Below are positions 1 through 9,187 of a stretch of 64,000 bases of DNA, piece by piece. The translations under genes were made by a program, and so were the position numbers. The notes beneath the pieces are model-generated. The model saw only the letters and a list, made by a program, of their open reading frames with translations. It was not told the DNA's origin and did not search any database. Each line of letters opens with the position of its first letter. Position 1 is the first letter of the stretch. The DNA comes from a virus (Duplodnaviria > Caudoviricetes), in IMG/VR virus record IMGVR_UViG_3300034410_000463, positions 1-64,000 of that record; one strand, written 5' to 3'.

Positions 1-1
1 A

Positions 2-3000
2 ATCTGGACTGGTGGAACACAAAGAGTAAATATTGATAATAACTCTGCTGATTTCTCAGTTAATGTCTACGCACCTCGTTACTATGATTCAAATGATAAT
101 AACTATTATGTAGATCCAGCCGAAGATTCAATCATGAATAGTATTATTCTTGATGATTATGTTTATCATAATGGAAATACTAATTCTTACTTTGGTTGGG
201 CTGCAAATAATAACTATAAGATCTTTACAAATGGTGCAGAAAGATTTAACTTAGATAACAACTCTGCTGATTTCTCAGTAAATGTTTATGCACCTCGTTA
301 TTACGATTCTAACGACAATCTATATTACGTAGATCCTGCAACTATATCGTATATGAATAACATTTCATTCGGTAAACCAGGAAATGGTACTAATACTAAA
401 GGTCGATTCTTATCTATTGAAGGTAATGCTGATTCAAGTGGTGAAGGTTCAGCTCGTATATTCTTTGCAGAACACAACTCATCAACTGCCGCACAAGACA
501 AATATGGTATGTCTCTTGCATATCGCGGTGGATCAGCAACAGTTAATAGCGTTACTGGTCAACCAGTTACTCTAACTGGTCTTAGTAATGGTGAGTGGGG
601 ATTACTTGGTTATAATAATTCTATAAATGGCAACTGGGCAATGAAAGGCCCACGTGATAGCAGTTACGTACAAGCAAGAGGTTCATTCAGAGCTCCTATC
701 TTCTACGATTCAAATAACACAGCTTATTACACTGACCAAGCAAGTACGTCAATTCATAATATTCAAAGAGTAAATCAGTTACAAGTAGACGTAGCTGGAA
801 GATATATTGATTCACCATCTGGTAACTACGGTACAATTAAAGTTGAAGGTGATACTGGTGGTTGGGCGGGTTACGCAATCAGAGATGATTGGGTCTTTAT
901 GTCTAATGGTACTGCTAACGCTGGTATCTATAATGATACACGAAACGAATGGTCGTTGCAGGCGCAGGACAACAGCTGGACTCGATTGTATGCAAACGGT
1001 GTACATCAACTGTCTGCACAAAATGGATATGGTTATGCACCAACAAGCATGCGTTCACCAATATTCTATGATCACGATGATACAACTTACTTCGGTGATT
1101 TTGCATCTCGTTCTAAGCTTAAAACTCTTGAGCTTGGTAATCAAGGTAACTTAACAGGTTCTGGTTCATATCCGCTTGGTATCTGGCACAATAACAGATA
1201 TCTTGCAGGAATGAGAAATAGTGGTGCTGGTGCTAACTATCCTTGGTTGGTACATGATAATTATAACTACAATGGTTCTGGTTCTAAAGATGCATTTATT
1301 GTACACTTTAATGGATTGGGCGATAGGTTGTTCTTAGATGAAGCTGGTAATATGCTCATTACTGGTGAGATGTCTGCTTCCAACTATAACCTCAGTGCTG
1401 GTAACGAAAACATATCATTGAATCCAGCATACGGCGTTGGTAAAACTGAACTTAAATTATTCGATGGTGCTAAGTACTGGGAAAAGAGAGCTATTGAAGC
1501 TCTACAAGGTATTGAAAATGCTCCAACTGGTACTACGGCAGAATATGTTAAATCGCCTGATGCTCCTGCTCCATCATCATATGTATTAAGAACTTCATCA
1601 TATAGAACATTCTATTCAGATTATATTGAAGTACAACCTGGCGAAGAAATTTTCGGTGAAATGTATGTTAAACGAATTTCAGGATCAGGTGGATTATTCT
1701 ATTATGGTGTTGAAAGATTCGATAAAGATAAAAAGCCAATTGGTGGTAATACTGGTACTACATACTTTACTGCAAGTGCTCAAAACGTTACAAGTACTTC
1801 TTGGGTCAAGTATACAGGTTATACAACGATACCAACAACACACACGCCTTACGCCGGTTCAGATGGTGGCGGAGTAAGATATGTAAGAATGCGAGTATTA
1901 ATGAACCACTCGGGTGGCGGTGCTCTTCGTGAGTTCACTCCACCGATCTTAATGAGAACAAAGGTACCTTCAAGAATACGTACAGACGAGGCAGTTTACT
2001 CGCCAATCTATTATGATTCAAATGATACTAATTTCTACTTAGATCCAGCCTCAACATCTAAACTCAACACAGTTGATGCAAGTAACTTTAGAGATCGTGA
2101 TAATACCGGTCGTTTTATGAATCCAAACTCTGGTGGTAATGTTCAGGGTTCATGGAACTGGAATAACGGTTCAATCGAAAATCTAAACAACCTTTCATTC
2201 AATGATCCTGGTCCTCAAGAAGGCATACGTTGGAAAGCTGGTAACGAATGGAAGATTTACGAATCACCAAACGACTTAGCCACAAACGGCGGAGGTAACT
2301 TACAGTTTACTTCAGGATCCGGCGCAGGCACAATGCGCGCTCGTATTGATTCTAGTGGCGATCTTTGGGCTGGTCGTTATGCACGTGCTCAACGTTTCTA
2401 TGATACAAATGACGCCGCGTATTATGTAGATCCTAATGGCACATCTATCCAGGCTGCTATTGAATTAAGAACTGGCGGCCTGAAAATGGCTCGAAATTAT
2501 ACCGACAATGCTATTTGGTTTAACAAAGGTACAGATGCAAACCACGTTCTATGGAACCATTATTATGGCGGTCCTGGAGCTCGTGGCGCCGCTGGTTCTG
2601 GTGGCTTTGATGGCATTAAGTGGAATACTTATGCAGGTATCCATTTGCAAGGTGGATTGAGTGGTGCATACAACTTAGCTAAGTTCCATACAACTGGTGC
2701 AGGTAACGGTAACGCTCATTATGTTCAGCTTTACGCAAATAACGTAGAACAACTTGGTACTCGTGGTGGTTATGGTTATGCGCCTAACTCAATGCGTTCG
2801 CCATTGTTCTACGATCAAGACGATACAACTTACTACGGTAATTTTGCTAGCACATCTAGAATGAATGTCATTAATGCAAATATGTACAGCTTAAATGACG
2901 GCTGGGATATTTACGATGATGACTCTGACACATTAACAATTCGTTCAAACAATGGTGACCACGGTGAGATTATATTCCGTGATTCAGGTAGTACAAATTG

Positions 3001-6000
3001 CGGTAGAATTTACTTTGATGATGATAATCACTGGGGCTTTAAATCACCAGATAACGAATGGCAGATTTACTTAGAAAGAAATGCTCGTACCATTCTTTAC
3101 TACAACGGTGGTCAGCAGGCTCGTACACAAAATGGTTACTTCGAAGCAAATAACCAGTTGCGTACTCCAATCTTCTATGATTCAAATGATACTAATTTCT
3201 ACGTAGATCCAAATGCTACTTCAAGATTGCGTGGATTAACAACAGTCGATATAATTACATCTCCAGGAATTACTGGTACCGCAGGTGCATTAAGATCTAG
3301 AGATAATAGAATAGTTGAGCCAAATGAAGATTCTGCAAGCCAAATGAAGTTTGGTTTCACATCTTGGGATAACAATAACACTGCTCCTTGGGCTGATTAC
3401 TTGCACCTAAGATCTTATGGAGATTCTTCGGGTGGTTCAGATAACCTTCTTATGTTTAAGAAGTCTGGTCGTGGAATGCGTTTATGGCAACAATCATTTA
3501 ATTCAGGCACTAGATATACTGCATACTCTAACATCGCAATATATAATGCTAATCCAGGCGGTGGTTCAAATGCATACTTCTACGCAAGTAGATACTATGA
3601 TTCAGATGATACTGGTTATTACTTAGATCCAAATAGTAACTCACGTATTAAGCATCTTAAAGTTGCTGCTACAAGTGCTAATGCAAGATATGACTTTGCT
3701 GCTCTTGAAGTTAGAGAACTTAACCATGCTGGTGCTCAAAGTGCTAATGCTCAAACTGCACCAAGAATTGGTTTCCACTGGGGTGGACGAGTTGCATCGC
3801 AAATTATGCTTGAAACAAATGGTGAGATCCAGATTAGAAACAATCCTGGTACTGGCTATGAAGATTTCAGAGCACAAATTGGTTACTTCCAAGGTGATGT
3901 AAGAGCTCCTCGTTATTACGATTCAAATAACACTACTTATTACGGTGACTTTGCAAGTACATCGATAATGCATACACTCGATGTTCGCTCTGAAGTTTAT
4001 AACGATGGTTGGTTCCGTAACGATACTGGCGGCCGCGGTTTATATAGTACACCATACGCTATGCATTGGATGGCGGTAAATAATACCACTTGGAGAGCAT
4101 ACGGCGGGCAGAGTTCTGTAAAAATAGAAATGAACACCTCTGGTAATAACAGAAGAGGTTCATTCTACGCAAACAACAGCAACGAAGTTGGTATTCTATC
4201 TCAAGACAATGGTTGGGCATTACAGGCTACTAACGGTAAAGTAGATTCGCATCATAACTTCTATGCTCCTATCATGTACGATAGAAATGATAGTAACTAC
4301 TATGTAGATCCTAATAGCACGTCACGAATGAACGTTGTTCGTGCTAATAAATTTACAAATGATGGTTCAGTTTCTTCTGACGATGGCTTTGGTATATATT
4401 GGAGTTCAGATCAATCACCAGCATACGCAATCTTTAGAGAATCTGGTGGTTGGTCTAACCCATACCCAGATATGCGTATTGCGAACCACACTGGTATTAA
4501 GATGGGTGCAAACGCTGGCTACAATGGTATGCGTTTCTACACTGACTATCAAATGGCCGGTCAGGTTATGTCGATTAACAACTCAGCTGATCCACTTGGT
4601 GGCGGTAACGTTTATGTTAATAATAACCTGCAAGCTGGTACATCGTTAAGAGCACCAATCTTCTACGATTCAAATAACACAGCTTATTACTTTAACGGAG
4701 CTAGCAAGTACAGCACAAGATTTGAAGGTGTTAATGCTAGAACTGAAGCATGGCTAGGAATGCCAGGTCATACTCGAAACAGTGGCCAAAACTACAGATC
4801 AAGACCGAACTTTACAGGTGATAGCAACTATTGGACAGGTTCCTTTGGTTGGGGTCGCCAAGATATGAACGTCGTTGGTACTTGGGGTTCGGGCTTCATT
4901 GATTCATGGTCTAATCCAGGCAACCAGCCTTCAGGTACATCTCACTGGGTTGGCATGCAAGCTTCTCACTATCGTAACTCTAATACTTCTGGTTATGGTT
5001 GGCAGTTAGTTGGTGGTCCAATTGAGAACTTAAGACTAAGAAGTTCTTGGTCAGGGTGGAGAGCATGGCGTACAGTTCCAGTACTTGATGTTAACAACGG
5101 CAATGGCGGTTCAATGTATGCTGGTCGTTATTACGATTCAAATAACACTGGTTACTACTGCGATCCATCATCGTTCTCTAACTTTAACACCGGTGTTCGT
5201 GCTACTGAGTTTTATGCTCGTAACTGGTTCCGTAATGATAGTTCTCGTGAAGGTATTTATAACGAAGGAACTGGTGTACATGCTTATTCATGGCAAGCCG
5301 GGTTTTACGCGATTACTGGTAACAACAACTCTGGTTCTATGCATCTACAGCTTAGAGCAGCCAATAACGGTACAATGTGTCGTTGGATGCACGGTGATAG
5401 AACTTGGGCAGGTGATCTTAACGCTGCTGGTCAATGGCAATTACAAACACGTCACCAAGATGGTTACTCACCATCTTTAAGATTCATTGAATCTAGTAAC
5501 GAATCTTGGACTGGTAACATTGGTAACGATGGTGGTAAGATTGAATATCACTCAAACCGTTTCTATATCGAAGCGGGTGGTAACTCAAACCGTATTGTTC
5601 AGTTCCGTCGTAATGGTTCTGATAGATCTTATATTGATAACAACGGCCTATACGTTGGTACAGCTACTTCAGCTCGCTGGGCTGACTTGGCAGAAAGATA
5701 TACTGCTGATGCAATCTATGAGAATGCAACTGTTTTAGGTGTTAACCTTGACGGTGATTCTGAAGCTACTCTATGGCAGCCAGGAATGCCTCTATTAGGT
5801 GTTATCTCTACTAACCCCGCTGTTCAAATGAATGATATGGGAATTGAACCAGGAAGTAACACTAAGAAAGCTAAAATGAATCCATTCATTGCTCTTAAAG
5901 GACGTATTCCAGTCTTAGTAGTTGGCGATGTTAAGAAAGGCCAATGGGTAATTCCAGCTGGTGACGGTAAGGCTAAGGGAGTGGACTACGGTACACCTGG

Positions 6001-6073
6001 TATAAATAGCTATGATATAATTGGTATCGCACTAAGCGATAGTGAAAATGGTGAGGTAGAGGTGAAAGTATAA
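2..6073 (+). CDS. Long modular tail fibre / receptor-binding protein with C-terminal intramolecular chaperone-like domain; 5' truncated
   Basis: Frame is open from base 2 (IWTGGTQRVNIDNNSADFSVNVYAPRYYDS...), so the gene starts upstream of the window. About 13 copies of an (A/S)PxFYDSNxTxYYxDPxSxS motif separate variable Gly/Asn/Ser/Trp/Tyr-rich blocks. The C-terminus (ARWADLAERY...GVISTNP...ALKGRIPVLVVGDVKKGQWV) resembles peptidase G2/IMC autocleaving chaperones. Confidence 0.85.
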   Translation: MWTGGTQRVNIDNNSADFSVNVYAPRYYDSNDNNYYVDPAEDSIMNSIILDDYVYHNGNTNSYFGWAANNNYKIFTNGAERFNLDNNSADFSVNVYAPRYYDSNDNLYYVDPATISYMNNISFGKPGNGTNTKGRFLSIEGNADSSGEGSARIFFAEHNSSTAAQDKYGMSLAYRGGSATVNSVTGQPVTLTGLSNGEWGLLGYNNSINGNWAMKGPRDSSYVQARGSFRAPIFYDSNNTAYYTDQASTSIHNIQRVNQLQVDVAGRYIDSPSGNYGTIKVEGDTGGWAGYAIRDDWVFMSNGTANAGIYNDTRNEWSLQAQDNSWTRLYANGVHQLSAQNGYGYAPTSMRSPIFYDHDDTTYFGDFASRSKLKTLELGNQGNLTGSGSYPLGIWHNNRYLAGMRNSGAGANYPWLVHDNYNYNGSGSKDAFIVHFNGLGDRLFLDEAGNMLITGEMSASNYNLSAGNENISLNPAYGVGKTELKLFDGAKYWEKRAIEALQGIENAPTGTTAEYVKSPDAPAPSSYVLRTSSYRTFYSDYIEVQPGEEIFGEMYVKRISGSGGLFYYGVERFDKDKKPIGGNTGTTYFTASAQNVTSTSWVKYTGYTTIPTTHTPYAGSDGGGVRYVRMRVLMNHSGGGALREFTPPILMRTKVPSRIRTDEAVYSPIYYDSNDTNFYLDPASTSKLNTVDASNFRDRDNTGRFMNPNSGGNVQGSWNWNNGSIENLNNLSFNDPGPQEGIRWKAGNEWKIYESPNDLATNGGGNLQFTSGSGAGTMRARIDSSGDLWAGRYARAQRFYDTNDAAYYVDPNGTSIQAAIELRTGGLKMARNYTDNAIWFNKGTDANHVLWNHYYGGPGARGAAGSGGFDGIKWNTYAGIHLQGGLSGAYNLAKFHTTGAGNGNAHYVQLYANNVEQLGTRGGYGYAPNSMRSPLFYDQDDTTYYGNFASTSRMNVINANMYSLNDGWDIYDDDSDTLTIRSNNGDHGEIIFRDSGSTNCGRIYFDDDNHWGFKSPDNEWQIYLERNARTILYYNGGQQARTQNGYFEANNQLRTPIFYDSNDTNFYVDPNATSRLRGLTTVDIITSPGITGTAGALRSRDNRIVEPNEDSASQMKFGFTSWDNNNTAPWADYLHLRSYGDSSGGSDNLLMFKKSGRGMRLWQQSFNSGTRYTAYSNIAIYNANPGGGSNAYFYASRYYDSDDTGYYLDPNSNSRIKHLKVAATSANARYDFAALEVRELNHAGAQSANAQTAPRIGFHWGGRVASQIMLETNGEIQIRNNPGTGYEDFRAQIGYFQGDVRAPRYYDSNNTTYYGDFASTSIMHTLDVRSEVYNDGWFRNDTGGRGLYSTPYAMHWMAVNNTTWRAYGGQSSVKIEMNTSGNNRRGSFYANNSNEVGILSQDNGWALQATNGKVDSHHNFYAPIMYDRNDSNYYVDPNSTSRMNVVRANKFTNDGSVSSDDGFGIYWSSDQSPAYAIFRESGGWSNPYPDMRIANHTGIKMGANAGYNGMRFYTDYQMAGQVMSINNSADPLGGGNVYVNNNLQAGTSLRAPIFYDSNNTAYYFNGASKYSTRFEGVNARTEAWLGMPGHTRNSGQNYRSRPNFTGDSNYWTGSFGWGRQDMNVVGTWGSGFIDSWSNPGNQPSGTSHWVGMQASHYRNSNTSGYGWQLVGGPIENLRLRSSWSGWRAWRTVPVLDVNNGNGGSMYAGRYYDSNNTGYYCDPSSFSNFNTGVRATEFYARNWFRNDSSREGIYNEGTGVHAYSWQAGFYAITGNNNSGSMHLQLRAANNGTMCRWMHGDRTWAGDLNAAGQWQLQTRHQDGYSPSLRFIESSNESWTGNIGNDGGKIEYHSNRFYIEAGGNSNRIVQFRRNGSDRSYIDNNGLYVGTATSARWADLAERYTADAIYENATVLGVNLDGDSEATLWQPGMPLLGVISTNPAVQMNDMGIEPGSNTKKAKMNPFIALKGRIPVLVVGDVKKGQWVIPAGDGKAKGVDYGTPGINSYDIIGIALSDSENGEVEVKV
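35..315 (+). repeat. Imperfect tandem duplication at the 5' end of the tail fibre (35-96 vs 254-315)
   Basis: gataataactctgctgatttctcagttaatgtctacgcacctcgttactatgattc vs gataacaactctgctgatttctcagtaaatgtttatgcacctcgttattacgattc; same peptide NNSADFSVNVYAPRYYDSND. Confidence 0.85.
698..4690 (+). repeat. Perfect 33-bp direct repeat within the tail fibre (698-730 and 4658-4690)
   Basis: atcttctacgattcaaataacacagcttattac is present twice; a second 27-bp pair (tatgattcaaatgatactaatttctac) lies at 2012-2038 and 3176-3202. Confidence 0.9.
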
Positions 6074-6074
6074 T

Positions 6075-6488
6075 ATGGCAACGTATGCACAATTAAATTC
6101 TAATGCGCAAACACAATGTGGACGGCAGCTCCGTACGTTTGATAAGACTATGGCTTTAACAGTTCAGACTTACACTAGAGGCCAATGGACTGGTGGGTCA
6201 GGATACAGATACCCAAGAACAGGCAGTAACAGTGTAGCTATTTCTAGAAATTATTATCACAGGTTTGAATATGTTAGCGCATCATATTCTGTATATAATG
6301 GTTATCTCGATGGCGGAATATACAGTGGTCAGCTTATACACGACGATGATGTATATAATACTATTTCTAGAGTTGTAAGAAGAACAGTAGATTTAATTGA
6401 AGGCAGAATGGGAACAAGAAACGTTAGTGCTCTTGTATGTCATTCTAGTTGCCACGGTTCTTGTCATTCATCAAGAGGTAGACGCTAA
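6075..6488 (+). CDS. Putative radical-SAM substrate / precursor protein A (C-terminal CHSSCHGSCHSSRGRR)
   Basis: Starts 2 nt after the tail fibre stop; paralogue of the next gene; period-4 Cys-His-x-Ser motif at 6438-6488; lies upstream of six rSAM genes. The CDS is secure; the function is inferred. Confidence 0.7.
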   Translation: MATYAQLNSNAQTQCGRQLRTFDKTMALTVQTYTRGQWTGGSGYRYPRTGSNSVAISRNYYHRFEYVSASYSVYNGYLDGGIYSGQLIHDDDVYNTISRVVRRTVDLIEGRMGTRNVSALVCHSSCHGSCHSSRGRR

Positions 6489-6892
6489 TGGTTATGGAGA
6501 GAAGAGACGTCAACTCGTGGGTTCAAACCTATGGTGGGGCGCAATTAAGAACATTTGATAGAACTGTTACATTTAGAATAACTACATACACGAGAAGTCA
6601 GCGTTTCTTTGGTAATAGCTCGGCAGGTGGTACCAGCTCTGTTACTACTGTAAATAGATACGCTCGATTTGAATATACAGGTGCATCTAATAGCATCTAT
6701 AATAACTATGTAGATTCTGGAATTAACGCCGGTAATGTAATTAATCCACAAGATATTGTGGATACGATGGAAGATTTAGTAAGAAGAACTGTTGACGTAA
6801 TAGAACCAAGAATAACTAACCGCACGGTGAATGCAAGAGTTTGTCACGGAAGTTGCCACCAAAACTGCCATTCATCACGAGGGAGAAGATAA
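6488..6892 (+). CDS. Putative radical-SAM substrate / precursor protein B (C-terminal CHGSCHQNCHSSRGRR)
   Basis: TAATG overlap with A; shares QLRTFDxT, TYTRxQ, RFEY, VRRTVDxIExR and the terminal Cys/His motif (6842-6892). Confidence 0.7.
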   Translation: MVMERRDVNSWVQTYGGAQLRTFDRTVTFRITTYTRSQRFFGNSSAGGTSSVTTVNRYARFEYTGASNSIYNNYVDSGINAGNVINPQDIVDTMEDLVRRTVDVIEPRITNRTVNARVCHGSCHQNCHSSRGRR

Positions 6893-6893
6893 A

Positions 6894-8069
6894 ATGACAA
6901 TGCAAAAATCATACTGTAAACAAATGAGATATTCTGGTCCAGAAAGTCTCGCTCCTAAAGATCAGGATAAGTTTGATGTACTTATTCAGATGGAAGTATT
7001 ATCGGGATGTGAACAGGCATGTTTAGGTTGTTTTGTTGATAAGAATATTGATCCTGGAATGAATCAACAGATTATTGATAGAGCGAAAGAATTAGCAGAT
7101 GGTGTTAAAAGAACTGGTCTTAATTTAAGAGAGTTTGTTATTGGACCAACCGATTTCTTTACGGCATCTAACACAGAATCTGTTTTAAATAACGAAACAG
7201 TTCAAGAAATTATGCGCGAACATACCGGCGCTCGTATTGCTGCTCCTGCAAAGTTTGATGTAGCAACTATGGAAAGGGTACAAGAAATATTTAATATTCT
7301 CGATGATGAAGATAAATTCCGTCGAGAAATGATTATCGAATTTATTATGCCAATCGGTAAAGTAGATCAAATGCTTAATGATATAGTTTATCACCAAGAA
7401 GTAATGCGAAAAGTAAAATTCTTCAAAGAAAATACTCCTAAGCAAATGGATTGGTCTTGGACTTTACAAGCATCTAATGTTGTTGGCAAGAAAATCGATA
7501 AAGAAACATATAATAAAATTATTCAAAAATCTGTTAATGAGTATGAAACAATTGTAGAAATGAATCCAGCTTTCTCAAGAGCAAATTCACAATTAGTACA
7601 AAGAAAGAATTTATTCGGATGGAACGAGTTCTTAGGTAGAGTTATTGATGAAGGTAACTCTAACGAGACAGTAATGTCAATGGCTAATCTGTATTGTAAC
7701 TCAATCAACTTTGTTGGTATTACAATTGTTCCAGGCGAAAACGGACCGACTACACACTTAAACGTAATGTTACATGAGCAAGCATTCTTCTTAAAGAATA
7801 AAAATCTTGATGTTACTGGTTTAACGTTTGAAGAAATCTTAGATAGAAAACACGAGCTTGTTACTAAAGGAATAAATAGATCAAGTAAAGTAAAAGATTG
7901 CAACGGTTGCCAATTCGCAGTAGCATGTGCAAACAGGTTAATATTCGAGGCACAGGAATCATTGAATATTGATGGTTGTGTTCTTAACAAAGATGTATTA
8001 GATCATTATAATCCATTCGACTTTACATGGAATGATGATGCACTTAAAAAATTAGGAGAGGCTTCATGA
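6894..8069 (+). CDS. Atypical radical SAM protein with C-terminal SPASM/twitch-like Cys cluster (paralogue 1)
   Basis: CEQACLGC (CxxxCxxC) and C-terminal CNGCQFAVAC...GC. Start moved from 6831 to ATG 6894, which follows a GGAG RBS and the precursor B stop. Confidence 0.8.
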   Translation: MTMQKSYCKQMRYSGPESLAPKDQDKFDVLIQMEVLSGCEQACLGCFVDKNIDPGMNQQIIDRAKELADGVKRTGLNLREFVIGPTDFFTASNTESVLNNETVQEIMREHTGARIAAPAKFDVATMERVQEIFNILDDEDKFRREMIIEFIMPIGKVDQMLNDIVYHQEVMRKVKFFKENTPKQMDWSWTLQASNVVGKKIDKETYNKIIQKSVNEYETIVEMNPAFSRANSQLVQRKNLFGWNEFLGRVIDEGNSNETVMSMANLYCNSINFVGITIVPGENGPTTHLNVMLHEQAFFLKNKNLDVTGLTFEEILDRKHELVTKGINRSSKVKDCNGCQFAVACANRLIFEAQESLNIDGCVLNKDVLDHYNPFDFTWNDDALKKLGEAS

Positions 8070-9169
8070 TTGGCCAAAGTTATTATTATTTAAATAACAA
8101 AAAATATTTGACAAATATCACTAACTGTGGTACAATTATTAGTGAGGTAAATAATTTCTATCACACTAAAACCCCACGCTCTATTAAAATTGTAGAACCA
8201 TCTGAAGAAGGACATCAACTTTTACCGAACCAACTTTTGGAAGAAGCAGAAGCTATGAGGACTGGTTCAACTGATTTGATTGAGTTTGTTGAATGGGAAG
8301 ATGCAAGTACTATAGAATTTATAGAAAACAGTGATAAGTGCATTGTTGCTTATACAGATGAAGCTGACATGTTGGATATATATGTTAGGTATACTCAAGG
8401 TCTATTAACGGCTTCTGGTTTTTATGCTGGTCACGAAACAAGCGTAGATCAAATCGCAGCAGAGTTTGTTACTAAGGTTTGTGAATCTGATTCTCTATTA
8501 ACAATCATGAATGATTCAACATTATTCCAAGATACTTTAGGATATTGTAATCAAATTTTAGCAGATGCAGATAAACCTGCATTTACTGTTCAATACGAAA
8601 ATGGTAAGAACTTTAGTTACGATTTGTTGTTCTTCTTAAATGATTATTATCCTTGTGATGCAGTAAGGTCTCTTATTATTGAAAAGTTCACAATACATTC
8701 TAGTGAAATTACTAGAGACATTATGGAACAATTTACGGGTATGCGTAGAGATTTAGCTTATATTTGTGCAGTAATTGATTGGATGAACGCAAACGCTACA
8801 GCAGAAAATAGATTAGCCACTGATAAAGCAGATTTTATCAATAGGGTTTTTGTAGAACCGCACACAGCAGAAAATAGAAATTGGACCGTTCCTTTCTATG
8901 CTCTTGCAGATTTATGGAATAAAGTAAAAGATAATGCAGATTTTAAAGCAGCCCACGCCGCGAAATCAGATGGTATTACGAGTTGGGAATATAATGATGA
9001 ATACAACGAACTCAATTATATGATTCCAATGACTAAAAAAATATTAGAACAAACTTGGGATATTAATAACCTATCAGCAGAATTAAAATTACTTGAAGCT
9101 GAAGTACAGTTTTTTGCTAAAAGACAAAATAGGATGCCGTATTTAATACACAAATACAGTTTAGTATAA
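8066..9169 (+). CDS. Hypothetical protein in rSAM cluster
   Basis: 367-aa ORF with ATGA overlap to the upstream rSAM gene; no motif recognised. Confidence 0.75.
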   Translation: MIGQSYYYLNNKKYLTNITNCGTIISEVNNFYHTKTPRSIKIVEPSEEGHQLLPNQLLEEAEAMRTGSTDLIEFVEWEDASTIEFIENSDKCIVAYTDEADMLDIYVRYTQGLLTASGFYAGHETSVDQIAAEFVTKVCESDSLLTIMNDSTLFQDTLGYCNQILADADKPAFTVQYENGKNFSYDLLFFLNDYYPCDAVRSLIIEKFTIHSSEITRDIMEQFTGMRRDLAYICAVIDWMNANATAENRLATDKADFINRVFVEPHTAENRNWTVPFYALADLWNKVKDNADFKAAHAAKSDGITSWEYNDEYNELNYMIPMTKKILEQTWDINNLSAELKLLEAEVQFFAKRQNRMPYLIHKYSLV

Positions 9170-9187
9170 TTTAAAGGTGATTATAGA

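Noticed and set aside
134-6073. Tail fibre as a diversity-generating retroelement target
   Set aside because: No reverse transcriptase and no template/variable repeat pair differing only at adenines in this window; the repeats are short in-frame hinges.
6438-6892. CHxSCH read as a c-type haem-binding motif
   Set aside because: Spacing is CX3CH rather than CXXCH, the proteins have no signal peptide for periplasmic haem attachment and no maturation genes are present.
6831-6893. 21-aa N-terminal extension of the first rSAM in the ORF track
   Set aside because: It overlaps precursor B's conserved tail in another frame; RBS and spacing favour ATG 6894. Similar over-long starts were trimmed at 15039, 19356, 20573, 49877 and 63463.
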